Assembly: GCA_016906335.1 (NCBI GenBank)
Contig: JADEYG010000003.1
Span: forward strand, 62,001-126,000
Length of the DNA stretch: 64,000 nucleotides
From: Novakomyces olei
Lineage: Eukaryota
Direction: 5' to 3'
Within the stretch, counting starts at the first letter, position 1; each line of letters starts with the position of its first letter. The notes under the pieces are model-generated. The model saw nothing but the letters and a program-made list of their open reading frames with translations. It made no database searches and was not told the DNA's origin. Shown here piece after piece: positions 34,071-48,092 of the stretch. A program made the position numbers and the translations under genes.

Positions 34071-35425
34071 ACATTGTGGCACTGATCAATAACGATATAC
34101 AGTTATGTATGGTCTATTATATTGTAGATTTATTTTCTAAAATTTTCATTTACAATTTCGCTTTTCAATAACAATTTCGCACCTCTACGTATATTTGAAT
34201 TGTATGTATGTGCAGGCATGTAAGCACCAGATAAATGATTAATATACTAAAAGGATGTTTTTAATTTGTCTGATCTTAAAACCTTCGTCGATATGGTATA
34301 ATTGAAGAATAAGACATGCAACATTGCTTTTTTTTTGAGCCTCCTACTTTTGCGTATTACGATAGTATAATTGCATAATGAAGGTTCGTCATTGTATCGA
34401 TTTTCCCGGCACCTTTAAGCCTTTGTAACTTTTATTCGCTTTCAGTTTTGTGTCCACTTCAGTCGCCAGCTTTAACCTAATTTTTTTTTTTTCATTTGCG
34501 TCGCTGACACCGACACTTGTATCACCATTCCACTCAATTATTTGTACATTTTATTCTCATCAATCCTTTTTAGCATTTATCAATCAGTAAAGTATCGATC
34601 GTTTTCTGCGAATCAGTCTCAAAACTTGTACCATCGCAGACGTCTAAAAATTTGCTCGATGATTGTGTTTGTTCTGCAAAACAAAGAAGTCCTGCTCTGT
34701 AACAAACCAGGCTTCGACATTGTTAGGCAGAGCAACATTTACAGAGTAGCGAAAAGCTTCCAAAGCCGTACCGATATTGTACCCTCTTTTCTTGGTAGGT
34801 TGAACCCGCCGCGTCTTTGTTTTCCGAGAGCGCTCCCTTTACAAACACAGAGACAGTAGTGATCTATGCAAAAGGTATCGAAATATCCACGTTCCACGAA
34901 AATATTGAAAACAAAAAACTTAAAATCTGGCTCGTAAAGTCTCTCTAAGGGGAAAACCAAACCTGACAAATAAGAAATAACAATAAAAGAAAAGAATCAT
35001 CAGAAAATAAAGTACACTTGACATACACATGTATACGTATATATACATACATACATACATACATATTATATATATATATATATATATAATGACGCATTGA
35101 TATATATAGTATATACTTCCGCCTAATGCCGATAAAGAATCATGATAATATAAAAGCTTGTCCAATGAACCTATTTAATAAGAACGTTGCATCATAACAG
35201 GGTGATTGAATAGCAAACATAAACAAAGCACGAAAAAAAAAAAACAATTTGATATCCAAATAAACAGTATTAAATTGGCATTTTTTCCGGCCAACAAATT
35301 ATCTTTCAGGCACTGACGAACCATTAGGTGCAAACTAGTGAGGGCAGCGCTGGAGAATTAACCCCCCTAATTTTTTATCGGCCGTAAAGCCAAGTAAGAT
35401 TCATCCACAAACAGCCGTCGCACAA

Positions 35426-38400
35426 TTAGCGCTTGTTTTCTTTATCGCGCCCAGAGTCCAGCTGGAAGGCGGTTGCTTGCACAGCTGTCCCATTGCTCTC
35501 CTTCTCCAATCCCTCGCCGCCATTGGCCAAAAGTTCACTAGCGTGTCCGTCAGCCAGCGGCTCTGCAGACCCGTTATCCGAGTTCTCTGCGACCTCAATG
35601 GAGACCAGCAGCTTTTCGATCGAGGTCAAATGCTTCCCAAATGTAACCTGTTTCAGAGTATAGAGCTGAGGCCGTAATTTAGCAATAAATCGTCGTCGCT
35701 GGTCGTTGCGGGAGATATCCAGCATCTTTTGCACGACATAGTTTGCAAACTGATCCTTCATCATCCCGACAAGCACAGGGTTCCCCTCAGCATCGTCGGC
35801 CAGTGCTTCTTCGATCAGGGACGCCACCTGGTCAGCCGAGCCAAACGCTAAGCATTTTTCCACGACATTACTGGCAAATTTGTGCTTGGAAAGAGCAACC
35901 ACGTTGCCCCGAACTGCCTCGATCATACGCAGTCTGTCCCCAGGTCTAGGCCCACCGTGCTCGATCACGTGCTGGGCCACGTAGTTGCCGTACTGATCCT
36001 GTATTAGCGATCTTGTATGCTTGTGCAGCTCGTCGAGCAAAAACACTTGAGCCGAGGGTACATGCTCAAACATACGCTGTACGACACGGCAGCCATAAGG
36101 GTGAGTGGCCAGGGCAAAAGCCTGGCCTCTGATGGCGTTGGAAATAAAGGCAATTCTGTCGCTCGGGACCCGTTCGATTATCCGCTGGATAACATGGTTA
36201 CCGTTCTGGTCCTTTATAAGCCGCAAAACAGATCCGTGCAGCTCTTTAATAAGCACCAGCTGCTGGTCAGTGAGGACAAACTCGAGAGCCTTTTGCACGA
36301 CACGGCACCCGTACATTTGGAGGGAAAGGCTCTGCATATGGCCCTCCATGCGCCTACCAATCTCGGCTTTTTGCACCTGGCTACCAAACTCCAATAGCTT
36401 TTGTATAACATAGTTGCCAAACACGTCCGTCATCAACTGTAGGCAGTTGGGCATTACCTCCTCAAAGACCATCTCCTTCTCCTCTATAGAAGCAGTCTCC
36501 AGCTTTTGCTGCAGGAACCGGCTGCCATGCTGGTCGCCTGCAAACTGCACTACCTGGCCACGCACGTCTTTTAGCTCCAGGTTCGTGTTCCGATTAGACC
36601 GGAACATTTCCAGTAAATGGCTCCTCTGTGGCATCCGACCAGCTCTGCCGTCTTCCCCAACAAGGCTGCTGCCGTGATGGCTGCCGTGGTGGCTGCTTGT
36701 GCCGCTCATACTATGGCCATTCCCGTTTCCATTCCCATTTCCATTGTTATTGTTATTGTTATTGTTATGGTGGTGACGGTGGCCGGACCCGTTGCCGTGC
36801 GGCTTTGCCGACAGAGTGCCGTACACGCTTCCGTTATTAGCACTCACACTACTCTCTCCACTGCTGTTTACACTGTTCCCCGGCTGAGCCGAGGGCATTC
36901 CGCCCGGCATTGCCGGTACAAGCCGGTGCCCGTAAACGGCACTGCCAGGGGCGTACATTGGATCCAGACGGAACCCGGCAGTATCCAGCGGAGGAGACAT
37001 GTCGTAGATGTTGCTACGTCCACCGTTTCTGCCCGCAGAAAGCTGGGAAAGATGGCTCTGACTTTGGCCTTGGTTCTGGCCTTGAATTTGGCCTTGAATT
37101 TGGCCTTGGCCTTGGCTATGGCCTTGCTGCTGGCCCGGGTTTGGTGGGTACTGGTAATGTGCCATTGCCGAAGCAAAGCTCGGAGACAGTGAAGCAGCTG
37201 CGGGACTATTGATCCCGACTGGAAACGGAGACGACGAGCTGCTTGATTGGACAAATGGCGGACGGTTGCCACTCTGTTGTTGATTTTGTTGTTGATTTTG
37301 CAGTTGCTGTTGTTGCTGATGATAATTCTGGTGCTGTTTATTCATCAGAGCGTGGACGGCAGACGGGTCTTCGCCCAGACCAGAGTGGGAAGCAAAAGAA
37401 AACCCTGGCGCAGTACTGCCACTGCCACTGCCACTGCTGCCATTCATATTCATATTCATATTCATATTCATATTGCTGGCATTAGTATTGTAGCTTTGCG
37501 GTACTCGAGCCGGCCGCACTTGGCCTCCATCGTGAGCAAACAGCTGTGGAGAGAATAACGAGTCTGGCGAATAGAAACTGTTCAGTCCAGCGTACGAAGG
37601 CATAAAGGCCGTATTGCCAGCCAGAGCAGGTGGAGGCGAAGACTGGTAAGGGAACGGCTGCGGTACTGCCTGCTGCTGAGCCGCTGGAAAGTCGTGTGGA
37701 TAAGATTGGGAGAGCTGTGGCTGTGTTTGATGGTAAGGCTGTTGCTGGAACGTCTGGCCCGGCTGGTGGTGTGCCGAGATCGTGGTTTGGCCTGTAGTTT
37801 GGTCCTGATTAGAGCCTTGATTGCCTTGATTGCCTTGATTAGAGCCTTGATTGCCTTGGTTAGAGCCTTGATTGGAGCCTTGATTAGAGCCTTGATTCTG
37901 CTGGTAAGATTGCTGGAACCCTCCAGCAGCATTAAGCAATGGAGACAGTCTCTGCTGCTGCTGCTGATACTGCTGCTGAGGCTGCTGAGGCTGATACTGC
38001 TGATAAGAATGCTGATGTTGATGCTGATGTTGATATTGATGTTGATGGTCAAAGGCAGATGGGGACACAGAGGCAGACGACGAGGATGGTGCTACGAACC
38101 GCTGCTCGGCCGACTGGCTGCTCGGCCGTTGCTCAGGGAGGGACCTTGCACTCTGCAAGTCCGGCTGAAAGTGGCGAGACTGGGTCTTTGCGTACCGAAT
38201 ACTCTCTCCCTCAAACTGCCTAGCAATCTCGTCAGCGCTGGCGGCAGAAGGAGGAGACAGGTGCTGGTTTGAGCGTGGTCCTGGCTGCGACTGGCGCTGG
38301 TCAGTGGCATTTCCCAGCCCGTACTCTCCAACCGCAGAATCGTCGGGCATAGAGCCGTGCTGGACGGAGGCAGAGGACCTTGAGGCAGCCAAAAGAGGCG

Positions 38401-39856
38401 ACCTGTCTCCGCCAGGACCTGCACTAGCGACACTGCGATAAGACGCTGCTGAAAGCGAAAAGGCGCCAGGGTAGAACTCGGCAGAAGCGTGTAGTGGAGG
38501 CGAGACAGATCCGGGTCCGTTTCCGGGTCCGTTACCCCCACCAGTGGCCCCCACTCCCACTCCTGCCCCCACATTGGCCCCCACTGTGGCCCCCACTGTG
38601 GCCCCCACTGCTGAGCCTACTCCGACGGGCTGTTGGTGGTAGCTGGGAGGAGTTGAACTGCTCCGCAGCAGCGACGGGTCCGACTGGCTCAATGGCTCAA
38701 CGAGCTTTGAGTAAAAAGGCCGATGAGACTCGGCAGAGGCAAAATTTGCAGTTGCTGGGTGCCGCAGACTATTGTTGCCATAATCCATATGACTGCCCTG
38801 TCCAGAATCGCTGCCGTGATGGAGCACGCCTCCGGCTAAAGGCAAGCCGGACATGAACCGGGACCGGCCCCGAGCAAATATATCCTCGTCCACTGGAACA
38901 GACGAGGCAGAGGCAGAGGCAGAGGCAGAGGCAGAGGCAGTTGCTGCTGAAGCAGCTGAAGCAGAAGAGGCAGAGCTGGTCAGAGCAGCTGCGGCTGCCA
39001 CAGGCGAAGAGCTCGTCATATCGTCCAGCCGGGAGTGAGGAGCAGTCACAGTCCGCTGCCGCCGAAGAAACGGGTCCAGGCCTTGGAAAGTGCTGTTTAT
39101 GGCATCCACGTTTAGCGAGGATGTACGGTTACGATCTGTGCTGTTTATAATCGGCCCACCAGCCGAGGAGTGTGGTCCGCTAGCGTAAAGGCTGCCGTTA
39201 GCGGCAGTACTGTTGTTTGTAGCAGAATTGCCCTCAAAGAGCGATGAGGACGAAGACGCTGAATGGTTCCTCTGGTGCGAAGTATAGGGCAGCTGCTTGC
39301 TCGAGGCAAAAGGCGAATTTGCAGAGTCGAGCAGGACTCCTGCCAGCGCCTGTGACGAAATGGAGGACGATGCTGGTGACGAGGGAGGTGGGAGGGAGAA
39401 AGCGTCACGTACAGCCGCAAAATTATCGTGTCTTGTGGCCGAGTGGACCATAGAAGACTGGAAACGAGAAGGCGATCTGCTGGCAGAGGAGGTAGTTGAT
39501 CCTCCTCCCACATTGTTTAGTGCTCCCACATTGTTTAGTGCTCCTGAAACAGTCCCGTTTTGCGGTACATTTGGCCCGCTTTGGTCTCGAGGAGAGCTGC
39601 TGCCCTTTTTGCCGCTGCTGTTGTGGCTGCCTGGTCCACGAGAAGAATTGGGTACGGATCCAGCTGCGGGCCACAGGTCGGGTCCCGAGTATACCCTTCC
39701 GAGTCCCTCGCTGCCGCTGCTGCTACTGCTGCCTGCGGCATTTGCTGTTGCCGGCGCAGAGGCTGCGGCCCACGGCCGTTTCGGCGAAGCAGAGGCCGCA
39801 TGTGGCCAGTCGCCGCCGCCGCCAGCAGACACGGGCTGGCTCAAGTTCGAGGCCAT
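35426..39856 (-). CDS. PUF3: Pumilio/PUF RNA-binding protein (Puf3-like) with a very long low-complexity N-terminus
   Basis: C-terminal PUF repeats: [84 protein letters not shown]. Confidence 0.93.
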   Translation of the reverse strand: MASNLSQPVSAGGGGDWPHAASASPKRPWAAASAPATANAAGSSSSSGSEGLGRVYSGPDLWPAAGSVPNSSRGPGSHNSSGKKGSSSPRDQSGPNVPQNGTVSGALNNVGALNNVGGGSTTSSASRSPSRFQSSMVHSATRHDNFAAVRDAFSLPPPSSPASSSISSQALAGVLLDSANSPFASSKQLPYTSHQRNHSASSSSSLFEGNSATNNSTAANGSLYASGPHSSAGGPIINSTDRNRTSSLNVDAINSTFQGLDPFLRRQRTVTAPHSRLDDMTSSSPVAAAAALTSSASSASAASAATASASASASASASSVPVDEDIFARGRSRFMSGLPLAGGVLHHGSDSGQGSHMDYGNNSLRHPATANFASAESHRPFYSKLVEPLSQSDPSLLRSSSTPPSYHQQPVGVGSAVGATVGATVGANVGAGVGVGATGGGNGPGNGPGSVSPPLHASAEFYPGAFSLSAASYRSVASAGPGGDRSPLLAASRSSASVQHGSMPDDSAVGEYGLGNATDQRQSQPGPRSNQHLSPPSAASADEIARQFEGESIRYAKTQSRHFQPDLQSARSLPEQRPSSQSAEQRFVAPSSSSASVSPSAFDHQHQYQHQHQHQHSYQQYQPQQPQQQYQQQQQRLSPLLNAAGGFQQSYQQNQGSNQGSNQGSNQGNQGSNQGNQGNQGSNQDQTTGQTTISAHHQPGQTFQQQPYHQTQPQLSQSYPHDFPAAQQQAVPQPFPYQSSPPPALAGNTAFMPSYAGLNSFYSPDSLFSPQLFAHDGGQVRPARVPQSYNTNASNMNMNMNMNMNGSSGSGSGSTAPGFSFASHSGLGEDPSAVHALMNKQHQNYHQQQQQLQNQQQNQQQSGNRPPFVQSSSSSSPFPVGINSPAAASLSPSFASAMAHYQYPPNPGQQQGHSQGQGQIQGQIQGQNQGQSQSHLSQLSAGRNGGRSNIYDMSPPLDTAGFRLDPMYAPGSAVYGHRLVPAMPGGMPSAQPGNSVNSSGESSVSANNGSVYGTLSAKPHGNGSGHRHHHNNNNNNNNGNGNGNGNGHSMSGTSSHHGSHHGSSLVGEDGRAGRMPQRSHLLEMFRSNRNTNLELKDVRGQVVQFAGDQHGSRFLQQKLETASIEEKEMVFEEVMPNCLQLMTDVFGNYVIQKLLEFGSQVQKAEIGRRMEGHMQSLSLQMYGCRVVQKALEFVLTDQQLVLIKELHGSVLRLIKDQNGNHVIQRIIERVPSDRIAFISNAIRGQAFALATHPYGCRVVQRMFEHVPSAQVFLLDELHKHTRSLIQDQYGNYVAQHVIEHGGPRPGDRLRMIEAVRGNVVALSKHKFASNVVEKCLAFGSADQVASLIEEALADDAEGNPVLVGMMKDQFANYVVQKMLDISRNDQRRRFIAKLRPQLYTLKQVTFGKHLTSIEKLLVSIEVAENSDNGSAEPLADGHASELLANGGEGLEKESNGTAVQATAFQLDSGRDKENKR

Positions 39857-40547
39857 TCCATGAAGAGGAGAGGGTTAAGTGGAAGCGAGTGTCTTTTCGA
39901 CAACAGGTCAGAGGGTAAGACGGTGGAGCGCAGAGCAATGGGCCAACACTATTACCAATTTCCAGTGGCAATGGAGACCGTCAGCCGGAAAGATCAAGCG
40001 CAAAAGGACAGAGAGAGGAGAGGCGGAGCGAGAAAAGAGCCGCTGGTTGTCTATAACTTTGTAGAGTTAGTATTCCAATAGTCTGACAGGGCCCGCGGCA
40101 GAAGGGGAGCCGGTATGGGGGCCGGTACGGAAGCCGGTACGGTCTTACCTTGGCACTGAGGCCCAAAGACTCGGGTGGCAGCGGTGCCGGCTGATCTGGG
40201 TTGAGCTTGGGAACGCGCCCGTTAGGAGGAGAGCAGGTTGAGCAAACGGCGCGTACTGGTCGGGCCACTTGACGCGTCAAGGCAGTAAAGCCAAGATTGC
40301 GATTAATTCAGAGAAGGAGCACTCGAGTTTTGTAACTGCTTAAAAGGCGGATCAGCTTTGACGGTTCCCGTACGTCTTGAGCGCTCGTTGCAATTGTGCT
40401 TGGGAAGGCGATAAAATAAAAATTTAGATTGACAGCTGCGTATGTACGTAGTTTCACGTTTATACGGATTTATTTATTAACGTACGCACATTGTATAGTA
40501 CGTACTTTGTACTGACATTTATATATAATACAAGAGGATCCTTGGAC

Positions 40548-40710
40548 AGGATTGGTGTAGGATTGGTATAGGATTGGTATAGGATTAGTGTAGGATTGGT
40601 ATTGGATTAGATGTATAGAGCAGTCTAAGGTTCTTGTATAGAGCAGTCTAAGGCTATGGCTATTTCGTGTAAGGCATGCAAACGCGCTCAAGGCATACAA
40701 ACGCGCTCAA
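40548..40710. repeat. Cluster of short tandem repeats (GTATAGGATTG about x5; GTATAGAGCAGTCTAAGG x2; AGGCATRCAAACGCGCTCA x2) upstream of PUF3
   Basis: Read directly from the sequence. Confidence 0.8.
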
Positions 40711-42652
40711 CACCGCAAAAGTTGCTACTTGGACTATGGCAAAATGGCATTATGTTAATGTGCTGGGCACTACCTACACGTTTGCTCAACATGTTTTATT
40801 AGGGTTTAGTAAAGTATAGTATATTATAATATAACACGGCACCTTGGCCGGTGAGCGGGTCGGCTACATTACACACATAATACACGTCGCTTGGCACGAG
40901 CACATTAGTAACGTTTGTCCAAAAGTTAGATTGAAGCGTGCTACGGTTGGCCACGTACATACAATACTGGCAATGCGCAATGTGTAAAAGTCGTGCTTCG
41001 CACCGGCCTGGACCAGAGCATGAGGGGCAAGAAAGGGCAGGAACAAGGGCGGAAATACAGCTGTCTACAAACAAAGGGATATAATTAACATGGTCATACT
41101 TTTTGGGCCGTCTTGTACAAATAACCTGTACGTCTCGGCTCCTCTGGTGTAAATCTACTCCTACCTCGGTCGTGGCCATGGGAAACCGACACGTTTTCTC
41201 ATGGGCCTTGGCTGTTTTCCACTCGTATATTCCCCGTGCAAATCTTATACTGTCCAAGGTGCGGAAATTGCTTGTGCCATTCCACCTTGCGAATTTCTCC
41301 CCGCTCGTCCACAGGCAAATGTCATAACATACATACTGCGTATATATCTCCTAGCGGAGCCAGTGGCTATCCTACTTTCTGTCTCCACTACACCCTTCAC
41401 TAAAAGCTACGTATATAGTTGATTGATTGATTGATTGATGAAATAAACAAAACTATATGCCTATACTAATATTAAACAACACGGTTCAATTGCCCCAGCT
41501 GCCGTAAATCTTGTCCTTTGTAATCTTTTTGATGTTGCTTCGTGCAGTGCTCGTAAACATACGATCCACTCTACTACACTATTGGACGCTCGGCAGTAAT
41601 TCGATAGCGCAAAAAACAGCGTATTAGTGCTCTCCCGTTCTGAAACAGTACATCTTACTTCCATCAACTCTACGTTGCACAGTTCGATAAACGTTATTGC
41701 CTTGCGTTATCTCGCGTGTGTTTGCAATCTAGGAGACACAGTGTGCAACGTCGCCAATCGCCTGAATACGTGACATCTACAACATTACGATCGCACAGGA
41801 GTATAAACAAACGGGGTATAATATAGTAGAAAACCGCGAGTTACATTCTCGCATGAGACGCTCGTGTCCAAAAATATGTTGCGTGTGGGCTTTCATTACA
41901 TAAAAAGTAGGCTCCAATTCAATTGGCTTGGAGCCTTTAGAGCACATTAGCGCAGAGTCCAACGACAGCCCCTGTAAAATCTCCGTCTTATTTTCCGCAT
42001 GCTCCCAATCTGTACACACATTACTTTTGTGCTGTGTAAAAATCCTCCGAATCGAATACGGCTTTTCCGATAGCATAGTCGGCCACTGATTTATCATAAT
42101 CTGTTACTGGTTTATTATAGTACGTAGGATGGTGCAGACAGGGTTTTCCGGTACTGCAATAATATTGCGGTAAGGCGTTGCGCGCTCTCCCGTACCGTGA
42201 AGCAAACAAACTGTCTCTTGAAGACGTTTCCATTCTTTTTTCAACCCGTTTTCACGTCTTCGGACCTCTTTCACTCGTTAGGATTTGGAGTTGGCACTCT
42301 TTTCTCTCTTTTTCCTTATAAATACGCGCTTTTCATTGACGCGTCAGACGCGTCTCTTTTGTTTATTTATCTTTTTACACCTTTTCCCTTGTTGGGTAGT
42401 TTGTTCAGCCTCCAAAGTCGGGCCTCAAATTGTGTTGAATTGCTGCTTTAGCGCAAGGAACGGACCTTGCCAATAGCCGGACGAACGTCTCGGCGGGTGT
42501 TTGGGCAAAATCTAGGGTTTTTCCCTTTGACTTGGACGATTTATTTGGGCTTTCAAAGGCAGGACAACTTTGGTCTGTGCGTGCGGATAAACTGCTCAAT
42601 ATTGGGCCAATTCCGCTTTTTTGGACGTTGATTTTTGAGTCGGTAATCACTA

Positions 42653-43201
42653 ATGGCGGTGGACCACAATGCCATTGTTTTGGCATGCGTGCTCGTGGCC
42701 CTTGTCCTCCTCTGCACAATACTAGCGGTAATATTACGAATAATGCACGTGCGGCGGCAGGCGGCCGCCTTAGCTTCAAAGGCAAGTTTCGAATCCTCTG
42801 ACCTGGAACGGTATACGCTGCCAGCGACAAAATCAAGTTATTCGCAAACAGTTTCTCAAACGGACGATTTGCCGGAAATTCCTCAATTCCATTTAACATG
42901 TGCCGATGATCATGCAAATGAGAATTCCAATTTAATTACCCCACCGTCTTCACCGAATCCAATGATGGTTACGGGATTCCAATCACGGTCTCCCCAACAG
43001 CCGCAATGTACGCCAAAGGCCTCGTATGACACGTGGCGTGAACAGCAACGGAGGTCGCGATTACAACAGAGCAATTGCGTAAAATTGAACTTGGGTGAGT
43101 CTGGAGGTGCTTATGTGGAAAAGGCACCAAGGTACGCGGATTTCGAGGATCTCGATGTGACTGCATTAGGCGGTCTTACCGAGAAGCGCCGGGTGCTTTA
43201 A
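42653..43201 (+). CDS. Hypothetical single-pass membrane protein, 182 aa
   Basis: ATG-initiated ORF with an N-terminal hydrophobic stretch followed by a basic RR stop-transfer and a polar S/P-rich tail. Confidence 0.7.
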   Translation: MAVDHNAIVLACVLVALVLLCTILAVILRIMHVRRQAAALASKASFESSDLERYTLPATKSSYSQTVSQTDDLPEIPQFHLTCADDHANENSNLITPPSSPNPMMVTGFQSRSPQQPQCTPKASYDTWREQQRRSRLQQSNCVKLNLGESGGAYVEKAPRYADFEDLDVTALGGLTEKRRVL

Positions 43202-44367
43202 GCTCTCATATTATTACATTCTCTACTTGCATCATTGGCCTTGATGATTACTATTTTTTTTGGGGGGAGGCCTTTATCGTAGGAAAGTAAATGACAATTG
43301 ATAGAATATTGTTTACAAGAAGTGTAGGTCTATATATATCGTTCAAAAGATATTATAGTACTTTGTTATGGACTTGTTTAATTCTTGTTTATCGACCGTT
43401 TGGAATAAAACAGCATTCATTTAGACCGCAAGCAGGATTGAAGTTTATTACGATACAGCCTTAACAAATACTTATTGTACCTACCGTTCGTTTCGAAAGA
43501 TTGCGCGTCTAGAACCGTCTTGAAACTCAATATTTCTATATCAAAAGCGAGATTCAGGTCAAAGGATAAGGCGAATACGCATAATTTGGACAATGCCTCA
43601 AATTCAAAGGTCAAACAGAGATGGCTTTGTATTGAAGGACCAGCTAAGCTACCCGAGATTAGATAAAGAGAAATAATACAAAAACGAAAATGTATGTCGC
43701 ATTCAAATCTGAACAGAAATATCTAAATATGAAGGACAAGATTGTAAACAGCATGTTTAGAAACCTGCGAGTCAATGGATGGACCGAGTGGAAGGGAAAT
43801 AAGAATTAAAATTAACGGATCCTAGATTAATACGGCAACAAGTAATAATTACTGTGTGCTCGTAGACGCTTTAGAGCCCGAGGTTCACCTGGGCTGGAAT
43901 GATACATAGCGATCAATTAATTGGACGATCATCATTGTATATGTTTTTCGGCTATAGCTCAATATCGGTTATTGCTTTTAATTTTAAATTTCAGAAATTA
44001 GCTAAACTTAATACCAAAAACGCGGGGAAATTCGAGAGTGCAAGAGCCATTGGTCGACGCACCATCGACCGCGTCTAACAAAAGCAGTGCTCAGTTATAA
44101 TTACACGCATCATATCTGCCATTGCGACTGCTTGCGCCTTGGTCCAATAAACATCCCGCGTTTTTTAATAGTCGAAGAACGGGAATTTTGCTCAAAAGGG
44201 TATTTTGCGGGGAGAATATTATCACTGCCGAAAAATATTAGCGATTGTGGGGAACAAGACAACATTCCAGATCTATCCAAATTGAACAGCGCACGCAGAT
44301 CTTTGAAAAGGATATATAACAATGAATCTACCTAATCAGAAAAGCAACATTCGCTTGGATCGGCAAA

Positions 44368-46288
44368 ATGTTATTTTCATTTCGTCCTGGATTCCAGACG
44401 CAATTGGCCATTACAGTACTGTGCGAGACTGCCTTTACATTGTATGGTTATGATCAAGGCCTTTTTGGAGGCATCGTGACGCAGCACAGCTTTTTAGAGC
44501 AATTTAATTACCCGGGTTCGACTGTCCTAGGGTTAATTATATCCGTTTATAATCTCGGATGCTTTTTCGGATGCGTCACGGCATTTATACTCGGCGATCG
44601 TCTCGGACGCAAACGCATAATGTGGACTGCTTTTACTATTATCACTCTTGGTGCTGCAGTGCAATGCACAGCTTTCACGTAAAAAATCAGATTTTTACCA
44701 CTTCTTCTACTGCATTAATTATATTTTCAAAATCAATTTAATTTATATTCTTATTTGCGACGCCATTTTCTTTCCGTTTTCCACGTTGCCCCCGCTTTCA
44801 GTTGCTCTGGTATACATTAAATGCTGCAAAGCCCATTTGCTCACATAAATAGCCGAGCTCACCTTTTGATTGCGCGCATTTTTACCGGCATAGGCACTGG
44901 AATGGAATGCGCTACGGTCCCGGTAATACTTTTCCTTTCAATTGCTTCCTATAAGTTTGCTTCGAATTCACATTATGACGATCCACAAAATCTCCTGCCA
45001 TCCTGTACCTCTTTATTTTGTCATTTGCACTCAATTTATAGTTGTGATTTTCTCCAGATAGCGCTCTGAAATTTCGACGCGGTTCCTGACCATTGTCTAG
45101 ATCTTCCAGGCAGAGCATTGCACACCAGAAAACCGAGGGAAACTTGTCTCTTCTGAGGTCATGTTTGTCGGAGTCGGTATTTGTATTGCCTACTTCCTCG
45201 ATTTTGGTCTATCGTTTGTAAACAGCCATGTTTCCTTCCGATTCCCAATCGCTTTCCAAGGAGTATTCTCCTTTTTCGTCGCTGTTTTGCTCTTTGGAAT
45301 CCCCGAAAGCCCACGCTGGCTAATGTCCGTTGGACGCGACGAAGAGGCATTGCAGGTCATGGAACAAGTCCGTGGCTACCCTCGAGACCATCCGGTAGTA
45401 CGCGAGCTTCATGACAATATTGTGACTGCGTTGAAGCTTGAGCATCAAAATGGCAAAGGAGAATTCACGTGGCGCAGTATCGTCCTGTGCCGTGATAATG
45501 TGCGCAGCCTGCGCCGTATTATTCTTGGTCTCGTTGTACAAGTCTTTAATCAGGTATGGTTGTGCCTTCATTTCTCCAAACATGACTAAATCTAATATCA
45601 GATTGGCGGTATTAATCTCGTTGTATACTATATCAGCTATGTGCTTGAAAACAACGTCGGTCTTGATCCAGTTATCGCCAATGCTCTAGGCGGCTGTGTG
45701 CAGGTCATGTTCACCGTCGGCTCGCTTGTTCCCTCGTTTTTTCTGGATCGAATGGGTCGCCGAAAGACAATGATGATCGGCTCGGCTGTTTTGTCGATTT
45801 GCATGCTTATGATTGCCATATTATTACGCGTTGGTACTCGCGAGGCATCTACTGCTTCAGTCGCGTTCTTTTTCCTTTTCAACTTTGCATTCGGAGCAAG
45901 TATGAACTGTGTTCCTTGGGTCTACCAGTCCGAAATTAGCCCATTGCAATTGCGTGCACGCAGTTCGGCTATCAGCATCTCCGGAAATGCATTGTGCAAT
46001 TTCGCGATTGTTTTAATTTCACCAATTCTCACTGAGAGGATCGGCTATGCCACCTATATTATATTTGCCGGCACCAATGCCGTCTTCGTTCCGATAGTGT
46101 ACTTTTTCTTTCCCGAGACCACCAACAAATCCCTCGAGTCAATCGACTTTATCTTTGCAAAGGACAAATCCCAGCTCGCTCTACAAAATTCTGCTGCTAC
46201 CGACGAATCTGCTCCAAAGGCAGCAGAGACGGACAAGAGTACTTTTGAGCATGCAGAGTACGCCGAGGATTATTCTTCAACTCGATGA
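44368..46288 (+). CDS. MFS sugar porter, Stl1-like (multi-exon)
   Basis: LYGYDQGLFGG, GDRLGRKR, ARIFTGIGTG, SFRFPIAFQ, IPESPRWL, DRMGRRKT, PWVYQSEISPLQLRA, FFPETTNKSLESID. Confidence 0.93.
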
Positions 46289-48092
46289 ATTATTGTTTCC
46301 GCGTCCCAAAACATTTTAATCGAGAGCTGTAATGAAAGCGCTACTGCCTTATCTAAGAAATTATTTATTGTGCCGGATTTATGAGCTGCCGTTTCATGAA
46401 GTTGTCTAGGCGGTTAATTATTGATAGGCCAAATGTATTTTTTGTTTTATGAGCCAAATATCATTTGGAAATGAGTTTTGAAATTTTTTAAGGCAAATAG
46501 TACGCGACATAGAAATAGTCTAGTCGTGAAACGAAACGTGTAGATTTTTTCTTATCGGTCTGAGGTTTGAGTCCAATTTGTTTAGTCTGTCATATGAGAG
46601 TATATAAACGCTAAATTTCCAATCGCTTTTCTTTTAGTACTAATAAATTACTGTATTTATCATTTTTATTAGTGCTGAGTATTTGTGTGCTATAGATAAG
46701 AAAAAACTAAACAGAGCCTAGAAGTGGTGGTAAACTAGAGTCCAAGCATTGAAAATATGGGCAACGGTAAATTATTATCTGTTTACCGGAAGGCTAACGA
46801 AAGTATAGGAGCAAAAGCACAGTCTCGAAGAGCGCGCCAGGACAAAACTACCGCTAAAAAAGGAAGTGGATCACAATTGAAGGTGGTAAGCTAGAAAAAG
46901 AAAAAAAAAAAACAAAAAAGAAAAAACGAAAAAAGGGAACCCGAGAAGAGAATGAATAGGCAAAAACATATCATAATCACCAACGACAGTCTATTGATGC
47001 AATTTAGAATGCCGAGGCTAAAAATGTCATTTGCCAAATTTGCCGGAATCCATTTATGCTGACCGTACGCGCACCTGAACTGCAACGCCATGCTGAGAGT
47101 AAACACAATAAAACTCTTCAAGACTGTTTTCCAGCCTTTTCTACTTGAAGTCTGTCATCTCAGAAAATGCCTTTAATGGAGTGGAAGGATCGATTAGCAT
47201 AATTAGCGAGCGAGTTGATAATTCAAATTGATTTTTACAGGTGAAGGGCCGGCGTGTAATTTTGTGACGCGAAATAGCATTTTAATTACTAAGAACAACA
47301 TCAGTAGCTGAACAGACAGATTTACAAAGGAAAATTGGGGGTAAAGATAAGCATCGCAAACAAGTTAGTGGCTACGTTCGACAAGTCTTTCCAATGCGTT
47401 CTATTATTCGGCAAGCGCCCACGCTTGAAGTGCCACTTCCTGTAAAACGCTGAAAATACTATAATTTCGGGAAGGCACCACTGCCCAAATTTGCGAAACG
47501 TTTCACCAGCATGTTTGGCCCGATCGACCAAGATACTCCAATTGTCACGAGTATAGTAATAAGCTATTGAAACGGGGCAAAAATCAACCAATTATAATGT
47601 AAAGACTGAACAAGAACGACCTGGTCATAAAACTTTTCATAATAAAAGTAAAGAAACGCCAATAAATGCCTCCAAACAGCGCTGGATGAAAAGCTATCAT
47701 GTAATTCCAAAATTGTCGGTCTATGCTGAAAATTGTCACGACTCTGAATCGCAATTCTACTAGAATAAAATTCGCCTCACGGCCTTGCTTTTGTCACAAA
47801 GTTCAGATATTTATAGTCAGCGATGAGCCTATTCCCTGGCAATTTAATAATAGTAGAATTATTATTACGCATAAATCCTCAAAATTGCACAGTACTAATC
47901 TTACTTGAAATTTCTATTGATCCCAATGATCAGCCCTAAAATGAACATTATTGCCGGTGTCTATCTCCAAGCAAATCGTAGAATAGGCGTGGGATATTCG
48001 TGATATATCCGCGATTATATAATCCGGGGTTTTAGTGCGGGATGAATTGCTGCTGTAATTGTTGAAAAAACCAGCACATCTGGTCCTTGGCT

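Noticed and set aside
35020-35100. TGTATATA (Puf3 element) downstream of PUF3 suggesting autoregulation
   Set aside because: It is embedded in (TA)n/(TACA)n microsatellite and is expected by chance.
35433-40081. Numerous antisense and alternate-frame ORFs over PUF3, the ABC transporter, the amine oxidase and the formin
   Set aside because: These are shadows of GC-rich or repetitive coding sequence.
46891-47960. Minus-strand ORF fragments between the sugar transporter and the methyltransferase
   Set aside because: Stops in all frames, no consistent splice model, no recognisable family.
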